Source: an uncultured cyanobacterium
Lineage (GTDB): Bacteria > Cyanobacteriota > Cyanobacteriia > PCC-6307 > Cyanobiaceae
Assembly (NCBI GenBank): GCA_963765575.1
Contig: CAVXWZ010000002.1
Span: forward strand, 32,001 to 96,000
DNA: 64,000 nucleotides
Reading direction: 5' to 3'
Positions 58,902-64,000 of this stretch are shown here, one piece after another. How positions within the stretch are numbered: position 1 is the first letter of the stretch; every line of letters begins with the position of its first letter. The notes under the pieces are model-generated. The model made no database searches. It saw only the letters and a program-made list of their open reading frames with translations, and was not told the origin of the DNA. A program made the translations under genes and the position numbers.

Positions 58902-59576
58902 GTGAGCCACGACCGGCCCGACCTCGCCCCGCTCATCGACCATGCCCTGCTGGATCCCCACCAGGGCAGTGACGCCATTCAGCGTTGGTGCGACGAAGCC
59001 CGCCACTTCGGCTTCGCCGCGGTCTGCGTGGCCTCCCGCTGGGTGGCCACGGCGCGGGAGCGGCTGCCGCGGCCTGGTGAGGGCCGCGGCCAGGCGCCGG
59101 CCCTGGTGAGTGTGGTGGGCTTCCCCTTCGGCGCCATCCCGGCGGCGCTGAAGCTGGCGGAAGCCGAGGCCGCCGCCGCCGCCGGCGCCGACGAGCTCGA
59201 TGTGGTGCCCGACTTCGGCGCCCTGGCCGATGGCGACAGCGGTGCCGTGCTGAATGAACTGGCGTCCATCTGCGAGCTTGGGCTGCCGGTGAAGGTGATC
59301 CTGGAGGCGGAACGGCTGGAGCCGGACCAGCTGGAGCTGCTGGTGGAGATCAGCATCGATGCCGGCGCCCGCTTTCTCAAGAGCGGCAGCGGCTTCGGCC
59401 CCCCGGTCACGGCCGCCCTGGTGGAGCAGCTGCAGCGGTTGGCCCGCGGGCGGGCCGCGGTGAAGGCCTCGGGAGGCATCGCCGATCTGGAGCAGGCTTT
59501 CGCCCTGGTGGAGGCCGGCGCCAGCCGGCTGGGAACCAGCCGCGGCGTCGCCCTGATGCAGGCCCTGCGGGGCTGA
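58902..59576 (+). CDS. deoC: deoxyribose-phosphate aldolase
   Basis: IDHALL, VVGFPFG, ELDVV, KVILE, LKSGSGF, KASGGI, RLGTS. Confidence 0.93.
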   Translation: MSHDRPDLAPLIDHALLDPHQGSDAIQRWCDEARHFGFAAVCVASRWVATARERLPRPGEGRGQAPALVSVVGFPFGAIPAALKLAEAEAAAAAGADELDVVPDFGALADGDSGAVLNELASICELGLPVKVILEAERLEPDQLELLVEISIDAGARFLKSGSGFGPPVTAALVEQLQRLARGRAAVKASGGIADLEQAFALVEAGASRLGTSRGVALMQALRG

Positions 59577-59582
59577 ACCGCC

Positions 59583-60401
59583 GTGGCCGAGTTCCAGCTG
59601 GAGGGCCTGGCCCTGACCTGCAAACCCCTGGGGGAAAGTGACCGACTGCTCACCCTGCTCAGCGACAGCCACGGCCTCAGCCGGCTGGCGGTGCCGGGGG
59701 CCCGCCGGCCGAAGAGCAGCCTGGCGGCGGCGACGCCGTTGGCCCACCTGCACCTGCAGGTGGGGGGTGGCCGGGGGCTGCGGCGGGTGCGGCAGCTGCG
59801 CCTGCTGCGCAGCTATGGCGGCCTGGGCCAGCAGCTGGAGAGCCTGGCGGCGGCGCAGGCCCTGGCCGAACTCTGCCTGGCTCTCGTGCCCACGGATGTC
59901 CCGGCACCCGGCATGCTGGCCGACCTGCTGATGCAACTGGGACGGCTGGATGAGCGGGTGCGTGACCAGGGGGCGGCGGCCGAGGCCCTGGCCGTGGCCG
60001 TGCAGGGCTCGGTCCACCTGCTGGCCCTGGGCGGCTATGCCCTGCCCCTGGGCCGCTGTGCCCACAGCGGCGCGCCGCTGCAGCCGCCGATCGGCGACTG
60101 GAGCTGGCGCAGCAGCTTTCTGCCCGCCGATGGGCTGGTGATCGGTGTCCGCAACGAGGCCCGCCTGGTGCTCAACGCCTCGGAGCTGGCACTGCTGCAG
60201 CGGCTGGTGCGCCCGGCCCTGCCACGGCGCCGGGACGGCGCGCTGATGGGACCGCCGGCGGTGTGGCTGCGGCTGCTGGAGCTGGTGGCCTGCTGGTGCG
60301 ATCAACACCTCGGGCGGCGGCCGCGCGCCTTCCGCCTGCTGGGCAGCGGCCTGGCGAAGCTGCTGGAGAGTGGCTCGATGGATGGGGACACGCCCACGTG
60401 A
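59583..60401 (+). CDS. recO: DNA repair protein RecO
   Basis: LGESDRLLTLL, PGARRPKS; lies between deoC and the MFS gene. Confidence 0.9.
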   Translation: MAEFQLEGLALTCKPLGESDRLLTLLSDSHGLSRLAVPGARRPKSSLAAATPLAHLHLQVGGGRGLRRVRQLRLLRSYGGLGQQLESLAAAQALAELCLALVPTDVPAPGMLADLLMQLGRLDERVRDQGAAAEALAVAVQGSVHLLALGGYALPLGRCAHSGAPLQPPIGDWSWRSSFLPADGLVIGVRNEARLVLNASELALLQRLVRPALPRRRDGALMGPPAVWLRLLELVACWCDQHLGRRPRAFRLLGSGLAKLLESGSMDGDTPT

Positions 60402-61744
60402 CAGGCTCACCCACCAACGCTCGGCAGGGCACCGGTGTGGCGACGGTGCTGGGCCGCAGCGACTTCCGCTGGCTGTGGCTGGGTCAGATCTGCTCCCAGC
60501 TGGCCGACAAGTTCTACATCGTGCTGATGGTGTTCCTGATCGCCCAGCACTGGGTGAGCGGCCCGCCCAGCAGCCCCGCCCTGGCGGGGGCCGCTGCGGC
60601 GATGCGCGTGGAACTGCCGGAGACGCAGGCCCAGCTGATCACCCTGCTGGCCACGGGGATCTACGTGGCGAACACCCTGCCGGCGGTACTGCTCGGCGCC
60701 CTGGCGGGAGCCTGGACCGATCGCTGGCCCAAACGCCGCGTCATGGTGGCCTCCAATGGCCTGCGCGCCCTGCTGGTGCTGCTGGTGCCCCTGGCCCTGC
60801 TGGACGGGCCGCAGTGGCTGGGCTTGAGCTGGGGCTACTGGGCGCTGCTGGTGCTCACCTTCGTGGAGTCGTCGCTCACCCAGGTCTTCGCTCCGGCCGA
60901 ACAGGCGGCGATCACCTTCCTGGTGCCCCAGGCCCAGTTGCTGGCCGCCAATTCGGTGTATCAGACCACCAACATGGCCACCACGATCGTGGGCTTCGCC
61001 CTCGGCGAGCCGATCCTGCGGCTGCTGCGCCATGGCCTGGCCCAGCTGGGGGTGAACGGGGGCGAGTTCCTGCTCTTGCCGCTCTGCTACACGGCGGCGG
61101 CGCTGGCGATCAGCCGGATCGACAGCCACGATGAGCCCCGGCAGCGGCATCGCTCGCTGCGGCGGGAGGTGGGTGAAGGGCTGGCGGTGCTGCGCCAGCG
61201 GCCGCGGGTGGCCTGGGCGATGGTCCAGCTGGTGCTGCTCTACAGCCTGCTGGCCGCCCTCACCGTGCTGGCGATCAGCCTGGCCGCGGCCGTACCGGGA
61301 CTCGGCCCCACCCGCTTCGGCGTGCTGCTGGCGATGAGCGCCCTGGGCCTGGCGGCAGGGGCGCTGGCCGTGGCCCAGCTGGGCCAGGCGATCGGCAGAC
61401 ACCGCCTGGCGGCGGCGGGACTGGCCCTGATCGGCTGGAGCCTGCTGCTGCTCGGCCGGCTGCTCGGCAGCCTGCCATTCACCCTGCTGCTCTGCGGCGT
61501 TCTGGGGGTGGGGGCGGCCCTGCTGGCGATTCCCTCCCAGACCACGATTCAGGAAGAGACACCCAGATCCATGCGCGGCAAGGTGTTCGGGCTGCAGAAC
61601 AACCTCATCAACATCGCCCTGAGCCTGCCCCTGGTGCTCGCGGGCGCCACGGTGAGTCGCTGGGGCCTGCAGCCGGTGCTGCAGGCGCTGGCGGCCCTGG
61701 CCCTGCTGGCAACGCTGGCCGAGCGCCCCTGGCGCCGCTGGTAG
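60398..61744 (+). CDS. MFS transporter
   Basis: FRWLWLGQICSQLADK, AGAWTDRWPKRRVM, RGKVFGLQNN; many TM helices. Confidence 0.9.
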   Translation: MTGSPTNARQGTGVATVLGRSDFRWLWLGQICSQLADKFYIVLMVFLIAQHWVSGPPSSPALAGAAAAMRVELPETQAQLITLLATGIYVANTLPAVLLGALAGAWTDRWPKRRVMVASNGLRALLVLLVPLALLDGPQWLGLSWGYWALLVLTFVESSLTQVFAPAEQAAITFLVPQAQLLAANSVYQTTNMATTIVGFALGEPILRLLRHGLAQLGVNGGEFLLLPLCYTAAALAISRIDSHDEPRQRHRSLRREVGEGLAVLRQRPRVAWAMVQLVLLYSLLAALTVLAISLAAAVPGLGPTRFGVLLAMSALGLAAGALAVAQLGQAIGRHRLAAAGLALIGWSLLLLGRLLGSLPFTLLLCGVLGVGAALLAIPSQTTIQEETPRSMRGKVFGLQNNLINIALSLPLVLAGATVSRWGLQPVLQALAALALLATLAERPWRRW

Positions 61745-61772
61745 CGTCAGCTCAGCTTGAGTGGATGGGCGG

Positions 61773-63120
61773 GTGACTCACATTGCCTGGCTGGGCAAAA
61801 AATCGCCGTTCTGCGGCAACGTCACCTACAGCCTGAACACCACCGAGGCGCTCAAGCAGCGCGGGCACGGGATCAGCTTCATCCATTTCGACACCCCTGC
61901 CGCCGGCCAGTTCGGCCTCAGCGAGCCCCAGGGGCGGCCGCTTGCTGGCAGGGAGCAGGGTCGCCGACGCCCACCAGCAGCCGGCCATGGCGTCGAAGCG
62001 CGCCCCCCGTGGCGGGGCTTCAGCCGGCGACCAGGCGGCCCACCCTGAGGCCGACCCCGCCAGCGATGTGGCGCTGCCCTACCTGGTGAAGTCCCAGGTG
62101 TACACGATTCCATCCCCTGGCGCCCAGCGGGAGTTGCGGGAGTCGCTGGAGCGGCTCAGGCCCGATCTGGTGCATGCCAGCCTCACCCTCTCCCCCCTCG
62201 ACTTCCGGCTGCCGGATCTCTGCCAGCAACTGGGGCTGCCGCTGGTGGCCACCTTTCACCCGGCCTTCGACGCCGGACTGCGCAACCTCGCCGCCGGCAC
62301 CCAGCAGCTCACCTATCAGCTCTACGCCCGGTCCCTGGCCCGTTTTGACCGGGTGATCGTGTTCTCCGAGCTGCAAGCCGAGGTGCTCGAGCGGCTGGGG
62401 GTGGCTGGCGAGCGGCTGGCGGTGATCCCCAACGGGGTTGATCCCGAGCTCTGGTGTCCGGCAGGCCTCCAGCCCAGTGCGGAGCTCAGCGAGCTGCGCC
62501 AGCGCTTCGCCGGCCAGCGTCTGTTTCTGTATATGGGCAGGCTGTCCACCGAGAAAAACGTCGAGGCCCTGCTGAAGGCCTGGCGGCTGGTGCGGCCGGC
62601 CGGATGCGTGCTGCTGATCGTGGGGGACGGACCCCTGCGGGGCCCCCTGCAGGCCGGACGCCGGGAGCCCGACGTGATCTGGTGGGGCTACGAACCGCGC
62701 CTGGAGATGCGCGTGGCCCTGCAGCAGCTGGCGGAAGTGTTCCTGCTGCCATCGCTGGTGGAGGGGCTGAGCCTGGCGCTGCTGGAGGCGATGGCCAGCG
62801 GCACCGCCTGTGTGGCCACCGATGCCGGCGCTGATGGGGAGGTGCTGGACGCTGGTGCGGGCATCGTGATTCGCACCCAGGGGGTCACGACCCAGTTGCG
62901 CACGCTGTTGCCGGTGCTGCGGGATCAGCCGGTGCTGACGGCAGAACTGGGAGCAAGGGCTCGCCAACGGATTTTGGAGCGCTATACCCTCACCAGGAGC
63001 ATTGATGCCCTCGAGCGCCTCTATCTCGAGGTCCGTCCGCCAACGCCGCTGGTGGTCAACACAGACCAAGCGACTGACAACACGAGGCAAAAGCCTCGCG
63101 CGGGTCGGATGAGCCTGTGA
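61773..63120 (+). CDS. dgdA: GT4 glycosyltransferase, probably DGDG synthase DgdA; frameshift within about 61900-62040
   Basis: [18 protein letters not shown]-terminus; [41 protein letters not shown] in the next frame. Gene symbol assigned from recalled similarity. Confidence 0.7.
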
Positions 63121-63829
63121 TCGGTCTGCCGATCACCAACTGACTGGCTCCGGCGGCAATCGCCTCAGCGGGTGCCATCACCCGCGCCTGATCAGCCTTG
63201 GCACTGCCCGCCGGCCTGATGCCCGGGGTCACTAGCATGAAGGGCTCAGGATGGTGGGCCCGCAGGGCTGCCACTTCACGGGGCGAGCAGACGCAGCCAC
63301 CGACCCCAGCTTCAGCGGCCAGATCAGCCAGATGGGCGACCTGGCGTTCAAGGGAGGCGGACACCTGCAATTGTTGCTGGAAGGAAGGTCCATCCCAGCT
63401 GGTGAGCACGGTGACGGCCAGGAGACAAGGGGCCGGGTGACCCGCCGTGGCGGCGCCCTGCTGGGCAGCCTGCTGGGCCTGGGTCAAGGCGGCACTGCCA
63501 GCGGAGGCATGCACGGTGATCAGATCGACACCCAGGCCGGCGGCTTGGCGGCAGGCCGACGCCATGGTCGCGGGGATGTCGTGAAACTTCAGGTCCAGAA
63601 AGATACGCAAGCCCAGGTTCTTGAGGGCCAAAACAATATCTGGACCACCGGCAACGAACAACTCCAGTCCTACCTTGACCCAGCGCAATTCAGGAATGGA
63701 TGCACTGAACTGCAAAGCGCCGGCAGGATCAAGGCCGTCTAGCGCAACAATGATCAGCTCTGCGGGATCGGGGATCAGCTCTGCGGGTTCAGGGCCTGCC
63801 ACGAGAGATTCCAGCTTAAAGATCATCAA
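63056..63829 (-). CDS. pyrF: orotidine-5'-phosphate decarboxylase (start between 63802 and 63829)
   Basis: [43 protein letters not shown]. Confidence 0.95.
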   Translation of the reverse strand: MMIFKLESLVAGPEPAELIPDPAELIIVALDGLDPAGALQFSASIPELRWVKVGLELFVAGGPDIVLALKNLGLRIFLDLKFHDIPATMASACRQAAGLGVDLITVHASAGSAALTQAQQAAQQGAATAGHPAPCLLAVTVLTSWDGPSFQQQLQVSASLERQVAHLADLAAEAGVGGCVCSPREVAALRAHHPEPFMLVTPGIRPAGSAKADQARVMAPAEAIAAGASQLVIGRPITGSSDPREAFASCCQSLGLC

Positions 63830-63842
63830 GGTGAAAGATAAC

Positions 63843-63960
63843 TCCTGGCATCGACCTATTCTCTCAGGGGGCTACCCCCCAAATACCGTCGGCGCTGCAG
63901 CGTTTCACAGCCGAGTTCGAGATGGTTCGGCGTGGGTCCACTGCGCCATGGACACCAGGA
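63843..63960 (-). rRNA. rrf: 5S rRNA (distal end of an rRNA operon continuing beyond the window)
   Basis: Reverse complement reads TCCTGGTGTCCATGGCGC...CCATCTCGAACTCGG..GTGAAACG...TAGGTCGATGCCAGGA with paired ends. Confidence 0.97.
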
Positions 63961-64000
63961 ATTTCTTCACTTGTCAGGGTGAACCCTGAGAACTGCATAG

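Overview
A high-GC (roughly 70%) stretch of picocyanobacterial core chromosome, most consistent with Cyanobium/Synechococcus subcluster 5.2 (inferred from gene content and order, Fe-SOD, glucosylglycerol phosphatase and the 5S rRNA sequence). It holds about 68 CDSs, mostly housekeeping: cobQ, mnmA, nnr, group-2 sigma factor, pdhA, ftn2/ARC6, ffh, rpsP, phoH, era, trmD, ispF, larB/cpmA, thiS/thiE, ribF, surE, pheS, NAD kinase, cbiET, ribD, ftsH, argF, lexA, lnt, FKBP, sodB, queA, pdhC, stpA, aas, lipB, hpf/lrtA, deoC, recO, a dgdA-like GT4 and pyrF. It also holds tRNA-Ala(GGC) and the 5S end of an rRNA operon. I found no transposase, integrase, prophage, CRISPR array or recognisable defence system. 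Two likely accessory blocks are present: SPFH/NfeD plus a FixLJ-like two-component system between trmD and ispF, and a membrane/proteolysis block between ribD and ftsH. Notable unannotated signals are a multi-hairpin non-coding region behind tRNA-Ala, a G-U-rich hairpin in the ftsH leader, an ndhQ-like 42-aa ORF missing from the ORF track, a LexA box, and pyrF lying directly behind the 5S rRNA with reduced GC. Five conserved genes carry single-base frameshifts that are probably sequencing or assembly errors. I cannot claim a clearly new system; the best candidates are listed as hypotheses.
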